From Flavobacteriales bacterium (lineage in GTDB: Bacteria > Bacteroidota > Bacteroidia > Flavobacteriales_D > UBA2798), in the NCBI GenBank assembly GCA_019694795.1, contig JAIBBF010000001.1, positions 262,265-326,264 on the forward strand: a stretch of 64,000 bases of DNA, written 5' to 3'. This document shows positions 9,737 to 20,392 of this stretch, in pieces. Position 1 is the stretch's first letter; each line of letters opens with the position of its first letter. The notes beneath the pieces were generated by a model. It was not told the DNA's origin. It saw only the letters and a program-made list of their open reading frames with translations, and searched no databases. The position numbers were made by a program, and so were the translations under genes.

Positions 9737-9926
9737 TTACAGTACTAATATATAGGAAAAAAAAATGGTTTCCCGACAGATCAGACCACTTTTTATTAAT
9801 AAAACTACGATACAAAGAAATTGTTCGATGAATTGAAATTGTAGACCGCCCAATATTCCAAAGAGAAATGTTTGGAATTTTTCAGGAATTTAAAGAATGA
9901 ACAAAATGTGTTATGAAATTGGAATC

Positions 9927-10625
9927 TTAAGTTAAATTAACTTTTGCTTCCATATCCCGCCACAAATTATCAGAAGGAACCGGTGCTTCAATTGTAATTG
10001 GTAAACCGCTTGTTGGGTGAATAAAATCGAGTTTGCGGGCATGCAGGGAAATAGATCCGTCTTTATTGCTGCGCTCAGCTCCATATTTTAAATCCCCTTT
10101 TATCGGCGACCCAATAGCTGCCAATTGCGCTCTGATTTGATGATGGCGTCCGGTTAACGGTAATATTTCCAATAAATGATAATTTTCTCCGGAGGCAATT
10201 AAGCGATACTTCAATTCTGAACGTTTGCTTCCCGGGACTTCCTTTTGAAATGCTTTTGATTTATTGGTTTTTTCATCCTTCACTAAAAAGTGAACCAAAT
10301 CATCTTCCGGTTTAGCAGGCTTTTTTTTCACCAGTGCCCAATAGGTTTTCTGTATGTCTTTCTCTCTAAAACTTTCCGACATCCTGCTGAGTGCTTTACT
10401 GGTTTTTGCAAATAAAACCACGCCGGTTACAGGACGATCAATCCGGTGAATTACTCCACAAAAAACATTTCCGGGTTTATTGTATTTCTCCTTCAGATAA
10501 CGTTTTAATGATTCACTCATTGGTTCATCACCTGTTTTATCACCCTGCACAATTTCTCCTGAACGTTTATTTACGGCAATGAGATGATTGTCCTCATAAA
10601 TGACTTCCGGAGAATATTCTTTCAT
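9927..10625 (-). CDS. RluA-family RNA pseudouridine synthase
   Basis: 232 aa with the catalytic-loop motif HRIDRPVTGVVLFAK and a C-terminal HQIR motif. Confidence 0.85.
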   Translation of the reverse strand: MKEYSPEVIYEDNHLIAVNKRSGEIVQGDKTGDEPMSESLKRYLKEKYNKPGNVFCGVIHRIDRPVTGVVLFAKTSKALSRMSESFREKDIQKTYWALVKKKPAKPEDDLVHFLVKDEKTNKSKAFQKEVPGSKRSELKYRLIASGENYHLLEILPLTGRHHQIRAQLAAIGSPIKGDLKYGAERSNKDGSISLHARKLDFIHPTSGLPITIEAPVPSDNLWRDMEAKVNLT

Positions 10626-10627
10626 GT

Positions 10628-11446
10628 TTAGTACGATTCTTTTTCATTGGGGAAATCCACTTTTTTCACATCGGTGATAAATTGTTTCACTGCCCCATTG
10701 ATAATACTGCTTAAATCGGCGTATTTCCGCAAAAATCGCGGCTGAAATTCTGTGTTAATCCCCAACATATCGTGCATCACTAAAACCTGACCATCTACGC
10801 CAGAACCTGCACCTATACCAATAATTGGAATAGTGACTTCAGATGCCACACGCGCGGCCAACTTTGCCGGAATTTTTTCCAATACAATGGCAAAACATCC
10901 CGATTCTGCTAATAAATGTGCGTCTTCAATCAAACGATTGGCTTCTTCTTCTTCTTTTGCACGAACAACGTAAGTACCAAATTTATAAATGGACTGCGGT
11001 GTTAATCCCAGGTGACCCATAACCGGAATACCTGCCGATAAAATTCGCTCCACTGAATCTTTAATTTCTCTTCCGCCTTCCATTTTCACAGCGTGCGCAC
11101 CCGATTCTTTCATAATTCGAATGGCAGATGCCAAGGCTTCTTTGGAATTTCCCTGATACGAACCAAACGGCAGATCCACTACCACCAAACATCTTCCTGC
11201 AGCTCTTACTACAGAGGAAGCGTGATATATCATTTGATCCAAAGTAATAGGCAGCGTAGTTTCGTGTCCTGCCATCACATTGGATGCCGAATCTCCCACT
11301 AAAATCACGTCAATTCCTGCTTCGTCGATGAGTTTAGCCATGGAAAAGTCATAGGCTGTCAGCATCGAAATCTTCTCTCCTCTGGCCTTCATTTCAGCCA
11401 AAACGTGGGTAGTTACCCGCTTAACTTCTTTTTTTGCGAACGACAT
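10628..11446 (-). CDS. panB: 3-methyl-2-oxobutanoate hydroxymethyltransferase
   Basis: 272 aa, with MLTAYD, ILVGDS and KMEGG motifs typical of PanB. Confidence 0.9.
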   Translation of the reverse strand: MSFAKKEVKRVTTHVLAEMKARGEKISMLTAYDFSMAKLIDEAGIDVILVGDSASNVMAGHETTLPITLDQMIYHASSVVRAAGRCLVVVDLPFGSYQGNSKEALASAIRIMKESGAHAVKMEGGREIKDSVERILSAGIPVMGHLGLTPQSIYKFGTYVVRAKEEEEANRLIEDAHLLAESGCFAIVLEKIPAKLAARVASEVTIPIIGIGAGSGVDGQVLVMHDMLGINTEFQPRFLRKYADLSSIINGAVKQFITDVKKVDFPNEKESY

Positions 11447-11589
11447 GTAAGTCTGTTTTTTGGCAAATCTACGATATTGAGGGAATTATGCCCTGTAATG
11501 TCTACGAAAACAGGCAAAGGGTCGACCTGATGAACGAACGGTCCGCCTGATGATTGTTTTTTTAATATTTTTGAGCTTCAGATTTAGCA

Positions 11590-12633
11590 ATGAAGACATT
11601 TAAAAATATTCTGGCAGGATTCGCAGCAGCCACTGCGCTTGTTTCCTGTTCTACCGATTTCGACATTATCGCTCCTTACGAAGAGCATACGATTGTATTT
11701 GGGCTATTGGATCAAAATGACAATATCCAGTGGATCAAAATCAATAAATCATTTCTGGGTGATGGAAATGCCTATGATATGGCCGCCATTCGCGATAGTT
11801 CTGAATACGACCTTGTTGTTGGTAATGTAGAAGCCTGGGCGGGTGGAGCATTACAAGCCACTTATCCACTTCGTGATACCGTAGTTACAAATCGTGATTC
11901 AGGTGTATTTTATTATCCTGAACAAACTCTTTATTACTTTAATGCCACACTGAACGACGCTTACGAATACCGTTTAAACTTACAGGTAGGAGAAAACGGA
12001 AAAGAAGTATCGGGCCGCACCAACCTGGTGAAGAATACCAATTTTACGGGTAACATTACCGCATTTTCATTTGCCTACTCCACTAGTTCTATAACTGGTG
12101 TTTACCCGCCAAACTCCCAGGTAAGGTTTAATACCGGTCAATACGGAAAACGTTACGACACCTGGTTACATTTTTGGTACGATGAATACACGGCCAGCGG
12201 AGTTGAGCGGAAAGACTTAACATGGAAAATTGATAATTACATTACCTTATCTACCAATGGAGGTGAAAACCGGACCATTACATTTGATGGAGATGCTTTC
12301 TATCGTTATGTTTCCCAACAAATTCATTTTGACGCGAATGTAATTAAGCGGATTCCAAGGCAGATGGATATTCAAATTGTTGCTGCCAGCGAAGATTTGT
12401 ATACCTACATGAAATTGAATGAACCGTCCACCGGAATTGTTCAGGAGAAGCCTTCGTTTACCAATCTAACAGACGCTATCGGTCTATTTTCCAGTCGCTA
12501 TACCAAATGGATCAGAGGTAAAGTGCTTAACAAGGACTCCATGAATGAATTGGCGATGGGCCAATTTACCAATGGTCTTCAATTCTGTTCCGACTCATTA
12601 ATATGGGCTGCAGAACCTTGTGCTTGTCCTTAA
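11590..12633 (+). CDS. Lipoprotein of unknown function (DUF4249-like?)
   Basis: Signal peptide with lipobox (ALVSCSTD). The overall layout and the near-C-terminal AIGLFSS motif resemble DUF4249 lipoproteins. This family call is weak. Confidence 0.45.
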   Translation: MKTFKNILAGFAAATALVSCSTDFDIIAPYEEHTIVFGLLDQNDNIQWIKINKSFLGDGNAYDMAAIRDSSEYDLVVGNVEAWAGGALQATYPLRDTVVTNRDSGVFYYPEQTLYYFNATLNDAYEYRLNLQVGENGKEVSGRTNLVKNTNFTGNITAFSFAYSTSSITGVYPPNSQVRFNTGQYGKRYDTWLHFWYDEYTASGVERKDLTWKIDNYITLSTNGGENRTITFDGDAFYRYVSQQIHFDANVIKRIPRQMDIQIVAASEDLYTYMKLNEPSTGIVQEKPSFTNLTDAIGLFSSRYTKWIRGKVLNKDSMNELAMGQFTNGLQFCSDSLIWAAEPCACP

Positions 12634-12659
12634 AAAAAGACGAATTGTCCTGAAATAAC

Positions 12660-12690
12660 AGCCGGAACTGACGTTTCCGGCTTTTTTTTG
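12660..12690 (+). terminator. Intrinsic terminator
   Basis: Hairpin agccggaa-ctgacgt-ttccggct is followed by T8. Confidence 0.75.
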
Positions 12691-12745
12691 GTTTTGACAG
12701 TCAAAATCCTGCCATTTTTTCTGTTTTTATTCCCTTCATTTCCAT

Positions 12746-12761
12746 TGGCACATCTATTGAC
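12746..12761 (+). promoter_or_regulatory. Sigma-54-like -24/-12 element upstream of dnaK (TGGCAC-N5-TTGAC)
   Basis: TGGCACATCTATTGAC lies 36 nt upstream of the dnaK ATG. The -24 half is perfect, but the -12 half reads TTGA rather than TTGC. No TAnnTTTG box occurs in this intergenic region. Confidence 0.25.
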
Positions 12762-12796
12762 TATTCCTGTAAGAAACTTGTAAATAAATAAATCAA

Positions 12797-14695
12797 ATGA
12801 GTAAGATTATCGGAATCGACCTTGGAACAACCAACAGTTGTGTTGCTGTAATGGAAGGTAACCAACCTGTTGTAATTCCTAATAGCGAAGGAAAAAACAC
12901 CACCCCATCCATTGTAGGATTTGTAGAAGGAGGGGAACGCAAAGTTGGGGATCCTGCAAAACGTCAGGCGATCACGAATCCGCGTAACACTATATTTTCC
13001 ATTAAACGCTTTATGGGGAATACCTACGACGAAGTGAAAACGGAAGTATCCCGCGTTCCTTATGAAGTGGTTAAAGGTGATAACAATACCCCTCGTGTAA
13101 ACATCCACGACCGTCTCTATACCCCACAGGAAATTTCTGCAATGATTCTTCAGAAAATGAAGAAAACCGCAGAAGACTATTTGGGTCACGAAGTGACAGA
13201 AGCAGTTATTACTGTTCCTGCCTATTTTAACGACGCGCAACGTCAGGCAACCAAAGAAGCCGGAGAAATCGCAGGCTTAAAAGTTCGTCGTATTATCAAC
13301 GAACCAACCGCTGCTTCATTGGCGTATGGTCTTGACAAGAAAAATCAGGAAATGAAAGTGGTCGTATTCGACTGCGGTGGAGGTACACACGACGTTTCAG
13401 TTCTGGAATTAGGAGACGGGGTTTTTGAAGTAAAAGCAACAGATGGAGACACTCACCTTGGTGGTGATGACTTCGATCAAAAAATTATTGATTGGTTAGC
13501 AGAAGAATTCCTAAAAGAAGAAGGAATTGATCTTCGCAAAGACCCAATGGCACTTCAACGCTTAAAAGAAGCTGCTGAGAAAGCAAAAATTGAATTATCC
13601 AGCACCACTAGTTCTGAAATTAACCTGCCATACATCATGCCGGTTAATGGAATTCCAAAACACTTAGTTCGCTCTTTAACCCGTGCTAAATTCGAACAAT
13701 TGGTGGACGACCTGATTAAACGAACCATTGAGCCATGTCGCTCTGCACTTAAAAATGCAGGTTATACCGTAAATGATATTGATGAAGTAATTCTTGTTGG
13801 CGGATCTACGCGTATACCTGCTGTACAAGCTGCAGTAAAAAGTTTCTTTGGAAAAGATCCTTCTAAAGGTGTAAATCCGGATGAAGTTGTTGCTATCGGA
13901 GCAGCTATTCAAGGTGCGGTATTAACAGGTGAAGTGAAAGACGTATTGCTCCTGGATGTTACTCCACTTTCATTAGGTATTGAAACCATGGGTGGTGTAC
14001 TTACCAAATTAATTGAAGCGAATACAACCATTCCTTCGAAAAAAACAGAAACCTTCTCTACAGCATCCGATAACCAACCTTCGGTTACCATTCACGTATT
14101 GCAAGGTGAACGTCCAATGGCAAAAGACAACCGCACCATTGGTCAATTCAATCTTGATGGAATTCCACCAGCACCACGCGGCGTACCACAAATTGAAGTG
14201 ACATTTGATATCGACGCGAATGGAATTCTGAATGTTTCTGCAAAAGATAAAGCAACCGGAAAAGAACAAAAAATCAGAATTGAAGCCAGCTCTGGATTAA
14301 GTAAAGATGAAATTGATCGCATGCGTAAAGAAGCAGAGGCTAATGCTGAAACGGATCGTAAAGCGAAAGAAACCATCGATAAGTTGAACCAGGCCGACAG
14401 TATGATTTTCCAAACCGAAAAACAATTGCAGGAATTTGGAGATAAAATACCCGCCGACAAACGCTCAGCGATTGATAATGCTCTGGCAGAACTCAAGAAA
14501 GCACATGAATCGAAAGATTTACCTTCCATTGAAACGGCTATGGCAAACCTGAACAATGTATTCCAGGCTGCTGCACAGGAAATGTATGCAAATACAGGAG
14601 GAAATCCCGGCGCTGACCAAAACAGCGGTGCCAATACCGGAAACGATCAGGAAGTAACTGACGTGGATTTTGAAGAGGTAAAAGACAAGAATTAA
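12797..14695 (+). CDS. dnaK: Molecular chaperone DnaK (Hsp70)
   Basis: 632 aa with the canonical Hsp70 signatures [22 protein letters not shown]-like ([10 protein letters not shown]) and [11 protein letters not shown]. Confidence 0.97.
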   Translation: MSKIIGIDLGTTNSCVAVMEGNQPVVIPNSEGKNTTPSIVGFVEGGERKVGDPAKRQAITNPRNTIFSIKRFMGNTYDEVKTEVSRVPYEVVKGDNNTPRVNIHDRLYTPQEISAMILQKMKKTAEDYLGHEVTEAVITVPAYFNDAQRQATKEAGEIAGLKVRRIINEPTAASLAYGLDKKNQEMKVVVFDCGGGTHDVSVLELGDGVFEVKATDGDTHLGGDDFDQKIIDWLAEEFLKEEGIDLRKDPMALQRLKEAAEKAKIELSSTTSSEINLPYIMPVNGIPKHLVRSLTRAKFEQLVDDLIKRTIEPCRSALKNAGYTVNDIDEVILVGGSTRIPAVQAAVKSFFGKDPSKGVNPDEVVAIGAAIQGAVLTGEVKDVLLLDVTPLSLGIETMGGVLTKLIEANTTIPSKKTETFSTASDNQPSVTIHVLQGERPMAKDNRTIGQFNLDGIPPAPRGVPQIEVTFDIDANGILNVSAKDKATGKEQKIRIEASSGLSKDEIDRMRKEAEANAETDRKAKETIDKLNQADSMIFQTEKQLQEFGDKIPADKRSAIDNALAELKKAHESKDLPSIETAMANLNNVFQAAAQEMYANTGGNPGADQNSGANTGNDQEVTDVDFEEVKDKN

Positions 14696-14714
14696 TTCAT
14701 TTATCATTCGATAA

Positions 14715-14746
14715 AAAGGGCGACATAGGATGTCGCCCTTTTTTTA
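14715..14746 (+). terminator. Intrinsic terminator of dnaK
   Basis: Hairpin gggcgaca-tagga-tgtcgccc is followed by a T-run. Confidence 0.8.
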
Positions 14747-14813
14747 TTTGCCCTGACCGAAACTTAAATTCAGAAAAAATCTAACTACCAGTCAGCCTGA
14801 ATAAAGCTGATTT

Positions 14814-16925
14814 TTGAACTGCATGTTTTTGGCATCAGTTCCATTTATACGTTACCTACCATTTCTAATGGCGGGAATTTTAACTTCGGCTATTTTTACA
14901 GCCGAACATACACTGCTATTTTCCTGTTTAGCAGCAAGTATTTTAGTTCAATTCATCTTCTTGTTTCCAGCAATGAGAGATGTCCGGATTAAATTCAAAA
15001 AATCCAGAAGTATCGTTTTATTTATTTCTGTTTATCTATTTGGCTGGAGTCTTAGTAGCTGGAACAATCACCTTAAAACTGCGCATCACTATTCCAACTT
15101 TATTTCCAGCGGAGAAAATCAAAAGGTTGTATTGAAGTTAAATTCTCCCTGGGAAGAAAGCCATTTCGGTTATAAAACAGAGGCTGTTGTTGAGCAAATT
15201 TTTTTTAATGAGTCCTGGTATTTTACCAATGGAAAAATACAACTGAAAACCAAAAAAGAAATTGAATTCAAATTACCTCAAGCGGGTGAACAAATTATTA
15301 TTTACACGAAATTAAATCCTATTAAAAAATCAAAAAATCCGTTTGATCCTGATTTTGCCACCTTGCTAAAGCGAAAAACAATTACGCACCAAATCTATCT
15401 TGATAGCACGAACTGGAAAACGGGAACAACGATTTCGAACTCCATCTTTTTAATGGCAGGTGAAATAAGAAATTCCCTTTCTGAACTTTTAAAATCAGGA
15501 ATAGAAAGTTCAGCTCATCATGCAATTGTAAGTGCTTTAATTCTTGGAGAGCGCACAAATATTGATCAACAAATCATGCTGGCATTTTCAGCAACGGGTA
15601 CCATTCATGTGCTTTCAGTATCCGGAATGCACGCTGGATTAATTTATCTCCTGATCTCCTACCTTGTGAAATTGGTTTTCCCTCAGGAAAGAAAGCCTCT
15701 TTTCTACTCATTGTTTACCATACTTCCCCTATGGAGTTATGCCTTAATAACCGGATTTTCTCCTTCTGTTTTAAGGGCTGTTGCCATGTTAAGTCTGATT
15801 ATCATTGGTAAATCTGCAAAGATGTTTACCAATGTATACAATACCCTTGGCGGATCTGCTTTTATCCTGTTATGCATCAATCCCGATCTAATTAATAATG
15901 CCGGATTTCAGCTTTCCTATCTTGCAGTGATAGGGATTGTGTCAGTACATCCAATGGTTTATTCCATTTTCTATTTTAAAAATAAGTGGGTCGATAAAGC
16001 TTGGGTTTTAAGCTCAGTATCATTATCAGCACAGCTGACCACCTTCCCCTTGGCACTTTTCCATTTCGGCACTTTTCCAAATTACTTTCTATTCACCAAC
16101 CTCCTTATTATCCCCTTGAGTAGTCTGGTGTTGTTTTCAGGAATCGCAGCACTTGCATTTTCGTCCATTCCATTTTTAAATGAACTCTGTTTTTTCGTGC
16201 TGAATAAATCCATGATTGTCCTAATGGCAACTGTCCATTGGTTTGCCTCCATCCCCGGAGCAACCACTACCATTTATTTATCTGCAGTTGAATGTATCAT
16301 TGTTTATTTGATGCTGCTTTCCATTTTTATTTTAATTCGATTCAAATTCCAAATTGCCAAACACATTTTTCTCAGCTCCGCAGCTTTATTTTTTATCGTA
16401 AAGTCGTTCAATTGGAACACTAATCATAATACACAAATCCGATTTCTGTATTGTAAAAACTGTAACGCTATCAGTTTTCAAACTCAATCCAAAAACTACC
16501 TATTTACTCAAGGGAAATTACCTGATCCTTTTTTTATGAATGGAATCCAAAACGAAAAGGATAGAAGGGAACTAAATACGTTAATTCAATTTCATGTCGA
16601 CAGTCTTCCAAATCAAGCATTTTCCTGTCCATACTTCTGCTACAATGAAGGCATTCTTTCTATTGGGAATTTCAGAGTTGGATTAATTATTGGTTCACAA
16701 AAAAAGAGAGCTCCGCTAAATGTAAACGCGGTACTTGTAAGTGGATTACATCCTTATTCCAGCATTAGAGAAATGGATCAGTTCAATTGCCAATTAATCA
16801 TTTTAGGGAATGGATGCAGTAAACGCCGAAGAGAAAAATGGAAGGAATATGCACTAAACAACAAAAAAACAATGTGGAGTATTCCGGATTCAGGAGCTAA
16901 AGTGATCTCCCTTTATTTTCCCTGA
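14814..16925 (+). CDS. comEC: ComEC/Rec2-family membrane protein
   Basis: Polytopic membrane protein with the competence-domain core (GTIHVLSVSGMHAGL...). The TTG at 14814 opens the ORF, and the first ATG is at 14823. The C-terminal roughly 200 aa lack an HxHxDH motif. Confidence 0.8.
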   Translation: MNCMFLASVPFIRYLPFLMAGILTSAIFTAEHTLLFSCLAASILVQFIFLFPAMRDVRIKFKKSRSIVLFISVYLFGWSLSSWNNHLKTAHHYSNFISSGENQKVVLKLNSPWEESHFGYKTEAVVEQIFFNESWYFTNGKIQLKTKKEIEFKLPQAGEQIIIYTKLNPIKKSKNPFDPDFATLLKRKTITHQIYLDSTNWKTGTTISNSIFLMAGEIRNSLSELLKSGIESSAHHAIVSALILGERTNIDQQIMLAFSATGTIHVLSVSGMHAGLIYLLISYLVKLVFPQERKPLFYSLFTILPLWSYALITGFSPSVLRAVAMLSLIIIGKSAKMFTNVYNTLGGSAFILLCINPDLINNAGFQLSYLAVIGIVSVHPMVYSIFYFKNKWVDKAWVLSSVSLSAQLTTFPLALFHFGTFPNYFLFTNLLIIPLSSLVLFSGIAALAFSSIPFLNELCFFVLNKSMIVLMATVHWFASIPGATTTIYLSAVECIIVYLMLLSIFILIRFKFQIAKHIFLSSAALFFIVKSFNWNTNHNTQIRFLYCKNCNAISFQTQSKNYLFTQGKLPDPFFMNGIQNEKDRRELNTLIQFHVDSLPNQAFSCPYFCYNEGILSIGNFRVGLIIGSQKKRAPLNVNAVLVSGLHPYSSIREMDQFNCQLIILGNGCSKRRREKWKEYALNNKKTMWSIPDSGAKVISLYFP

Positions 16926-17458
16926 TTCTTTTTGTAAAGAATTTTTATCTGGTCATTCTCTTTACCAATCGAACCGGTGATTTTTGCTTCAGTAATTACA
17001 TATTTACTGTCAAGCTTAATATGATGCACATAATAAACTGTGAGTGCATTATTCACCATGATATTGGCCCAAAAATCGATTTCGTAACCATTTGCTTTAT
17101 TTACAGAAGAGTTCATGGCGGTGGACAAAGAATCAATTTTACGGTCCAGCTTTTTTAAGGAGGCTTCGAATTCTTCTTTGGTTTTTTTAATTTCCCCTGC
17201 GGCAAAGTTTTGTTTTAATTCCTCACGATATTCTTTTAAGCTGGAAACCTGGTTCTCGAGTTTAAAAAAATCGTTGGAAGGAATCACCAGAAATTTTTCA
17301 AAGCGGGGACCATCATAATACTCAAATGTTTTATCCGCCCACTCTAAAATTGATTTTTCTACCATCTCCTGCTCGGGACTGGAAGAAATTTCCGGAATTC
17401 TGAATGCATAAATCAGAACCAACACGAATAAAATGGCAGAGGTAAATACGATTCTCAT
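16913..17458 (-). CDS. Hypothetical membrane-anchored protein
   Basis: 181-aa ORF with one N-terminal TM helix and a charged coiled-coil-like middle. No recognisable motif. Its 3' end overlaps comEC by 13 nt. Confidence 0.5.
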   Translation of the reverse strand: MRIVFTSAILFVLVLIYAFRIPEISSSPEQEMVEKSILEWADKTFEYYDGPRFEKFLVIPSNDFFKLENQVSSLKEYREELKQNFAAGEIKKTKEEFEASLKKLDRKIDSLSTAMNSSVNKANGYEIDFWANIMVNNALTVYYVHHIKLDSKYVITEAKITGSIGKENDQIKILYKKNQGK

Positions 17459-17491
17459 TCCCTTGTTGAATGATTAAATTTATGATTTTCC

Positions 17492-18478
17492 CTATTTAGT
17501 TTCAAAATACTGTTCATAAGGTGCTTCAACAAATTGAATGCCACCGATAACAAACCACGCATCAAGCTCAAAATAAAGGCATTGCGACACCAGCTCTTTT
17601 TTATCGTTTAAGGTACTAAAGCGGCAAAAAACGCTGTAGCCAACCAATACCTCCTTATTATCCGAAACCTCATACACCCCTTTAACCGGACTAAACTCGC
17701 CGATGGTATAGCCTTTATAGGATACCTGATCCGACTTCAAATAATCATGAATCACTTCTTTTACTATACGGTTGGGATCATATTCGCCTGTTTTTTTTAC
17801 TGTGCGAATGCAAATTAAAGCCGAACGCATCAGGTCATTTTTCTGCATTTCAACGGGAGAAGTTAATCGTAAATCGAAATAAGAATAAATGGCCTCCGAC
17901 TCTTCGCGCCCATTGAGATCGCTATCCTCCGAAAACAGATTAAAGCGCATAAAATAATAGTAGAACCAATCATACTCTTCATCATTCAAAAGAAGATCCA
18001 TAGAGATAGAAACATCCCTTACTTTAAAATTTGCGGACAATGAAAAATTTACCTGATAGATTTTATGACCTTCTGCGGAATTAATAGCGAATAAATGATC
18101 GATACGGTAATTATTTCTTGGTTTTCGTTCCTGAATAATTTTTTCCTGCTCTACAATCATGCTATCATAAGCTCTAAGCACACTGTCGTGACGTTCACCA
18201 AAGTGATCTTTCATTCCTGATGCTGTTTTTCTGTTGGCCTTTAACTCCTCCAAATAGGCAACATCCCTCGGAATAACAATTTCTATTTCGCCAAATGAAT
18301 AAGGCCGGTAGGTTCCCGTTTTTTTAAAGGAAGAATTGACGTAATTGGTCACAGAACTTTCTGCATATTGCTGTGCAAGATCCTTTTCTGCAGTTTGGCA
18401 TTTTGCATCACCAAAACCTAACAAAACGAAAACCAAGGCAACAATTACGGCCGGAAATTTGCATTTGAATGTTAACAT
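17492..18478 (-). CDS. Hypothetical secreted protein
   Basis: 328-aa ORF with an N-terminal signal peptide (VFVLLGFGDAKCQ). No recognisable motif. It lies 33 nt upstream of 16913-17458 on the same strand. Confidence 0.5.
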   Translation of the reverse strand: MLTFKCKFPAVIVALVFVLLGFGDAKCQTAEKDLAQQYAESSVTNYVNSSFKKTGTYRPYSFGEIEIVIPRDVAYLEELKANRKTASGMKDHFGERHDSVLRAYDSMIVEQEKIIQERKPRNNYRIDHLFAINSAEGHKIYQVNFSLSANFKVRDVSISMDLLLNDEEYDWFYYYFMRFNLFSEDSDLNGREESEAIYSYFDLRLTSPVEMQKNDLMRSALICIRTVKKTGEYDPNRIVKEVIHDYLKSDQVSYKGYTIGEFSPVKGVYEVSDNKEVLVGYSVFCRFSTLNDKKELVSQCLYFELDAWFVIGGIQFVEAPYEQYFETK

Positions 18479-18531
18479 AAATTACAATATGCAATTACTA
18501 TGCAAAAAAAGTCAAAATATCTTTACTTTTC

Positions 18532-20364
18532 ATGACTAAAGGAATATCTATGAGAGAATTCATATTTGTACTACTAGTTTGCAACAGCCTTCTGCTCCAG
18601 GCAGCGACCGACACCTGCAAGGTAACAATCGATTTACGAACAGTAACGGATGACAAAGTAAAAGTTATAGTCATCCCACCTGCTCTAAACGAGGGTATTG
18701 CGGAATACATTATGCCGGCGGTTATTCCGGGTTCCTATTCAAAAAAAGATTTTGGTCGCTTTATATCTGAGTTTACAGCCTATGATAAAAAGGGTAAAAA
18801 ACTTAAGATGAGTAAAGAGGGTCCCAACGTTTTTAAAATCAAAAAAGGCGAACAGATTTCACGAATAGAATATTGGGTTGACGACACCTGGGATGCGACC
18901 AACGAGCAATTTATTTTTCAGCCGGGAGGAACAAATATTCAAGAGAACAGAAATTTCGTAATCAACCACCAGGGATTCTACGGCTATTTCGAAGGAAAAA
19001 AAATGAATCCGTATACAATCACCATTCATCACCCCGATCAGCTGTATGCGCATTCTGCTTTAAATGTTAACCGCGGAAAGCAAAGGGACGATGTAACAGA
19101 AAAAAACTACGTGAAACTCGTCGATAATCCCATTATGTACAGCCTGGCCGACACCTGTTCTTTTCGTGTTTCCAACATGCAGGTTTCAATTGGCGTTTAT
19201 TCCGACAATGGCGTGGTAAATGCTGCACAAGTAAAAAAAGCTGTTCAACCACTGGCGGAAGCTTTAAAAAATTTCTTCGGAAAATTACCGGTAGATCATT
19301 ACAATTTCATCATGTATTTTCCGCGCTATGGCAAAATGGGAGTGTCGAGATACGGAGGATTTGGCGCATTGGAACATTCCTATTGCTCTTTCTATTTTTT
19401 ACCTGAAATTCAAGATCAGCTTCAACTGGAGGACATGATTCAAAGCATTGCCGGTCACGAATTCCTTCACATTCTTACTCCCTTAAACATCCATAGTTTC
19501 GAAATTGAAAACTTCGATTTCAGAAACCCGAAAATGTCCATGCACCTTTGGATGTACGAAGGCGTTACCGAATACTTTGCACAATTGGTGAGAGTAAAAA
19601 ATAATCTGATCGATGAAAAAGGATTTCAAAATGAAATGCTTTCAAAAGTGATTAACATGAACAAATACCCTTCTGTTTCATTTACTGAGATGAGCAAAAA
19701 CATCCTGCAACCTGAATTCAAGGAGATGTATTCGAATGTATATGAAAAAGGTGCATTGTTTGGATTGTTGCTGGATATTCGCCTGCATGATCTCAGCAAA
19801 GGCACAATGGGGTTGAGAGAATTAATGTTGATGTTGGCGGAAAAATTCGGAGCAAATAAACCATTTAACGATGAGCAATTAATTCCTGAAATTGTACAAA
19901 TGACTTACCCTGAAATCAAATCCTTTTTCACTGATTTTATCATCGGGAATAATCCTTTACCCCTGAAAAATGATTTGGGGAAACTTGGCTGGGAATTATA
20001 TATCGATGAAGAAGTAGAAGAATGGAGTCTGGGAAAAATTCATTTATTCAGCGACAAACGAAACGGACAGGTTATCGTTTTGGAAACAGACTCAACCAAA
20101 AACAAGCTGGGATTGCATAAAAACGATATCATTCAGAAAATTGACACCTTGGAGGTAAAACCGGGAATGGACCAGTATTTCGACCTGGTAGAAGCTCCAT
20201 CCTCCGGTAAGCCGGTTACAGTAAGCATACTTCGTAATGGAAAAGAAATCACACTGTCTGCAAGCCCTTTAAGAGTAAAGAATAAATACAAATTCCTGCT
20301 CCGGACTTCAGAATCACTCAGTGAAGAGCAAATAAAATTCCGAAATTCCTTTTTTGGGCGTTAA
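18532..20364 (+). CDS. Secreted zinc metallopeptidase (M61-like) with C-terminal PDZ-like domain
   Basis: 610 aa with a signal peptide and an HEFLH zinc motif followed by E-containing helices (WMYEGVTEY). The C-terminal roughly 90 aa are PDZ-like. Confidence 0.55.
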   Translation: MTKGISMREFIFVLLVCNSLLLQAATDTCKVTIDLRTVTDDKVKVIVIPPALNEGIAEYIMPAVIPGSYSKKDFGRFISEFTAYDKKGKKLKMSKEGPNVFKIKKGEQISRIEYWVDDTWDATNEQFIFQPGGTNIQENRNFVINHQGFYGYFEGKKMNPYTITIHHPDQLYAHSALNVNRGKQRDDVTEKNYVKLVDNPIMYSLADTCSFRVSNMQVSIGVYSDNGVVNAAQVKKAVQPLAEALKNFFGKLPVDHYNFIMYFPRYGKMGVSRYGGFGALEHSYCSFYFLPEIQDQLQLEDMIQSIAGHEFLHILTPLNIHSFEIENFDFRNPKMSMHLWMYEGVTEYFAQLVRVKNNLIDEKGFQNEMLSKVINMNKYPSVSFTEMSKNILQPEFKEMYSNVYEKGALFGLLLDIRLHDLSKGTMGLRELMLMLAEKFGANKPFNDEQLIPEIVQMTYPEIKSFFTDFIIGNNPLPLKNDLGKLGWELYIDEEVEEWSLGKIHLFSDKRNGQVIVLETDSTKNKLGLHKNDIIQKIDTLEVKPGMDQYFDLVEAPSSGKPVTVSILRNGKEITLSASPLRVKNKYKFLLRTSESLSEEQIKFRNSFFGR

Positions 20365-20392
20365 AAATTGCTTTTTATCCTAATTTTGCCCC

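Noticed and set aside
11500-11560. Duplicated cctgatga strings in the panB / lipoprotein intergenic region.
   Set aside because: Only two short (8-nt) copies occur with no supporting secondary structure, which is compatible with chance in a divergent promoter region.
12761-14707. Several minus-strand ORFs (12761-13240, 13676-13912, 14009-14269, 14143-14634, 14519-14707).
   Set aside because: All are antisense to dnaK, whose identity is unambiguous. They have odd, Cys/Phe-rich compositions typical of shadow ORFs.
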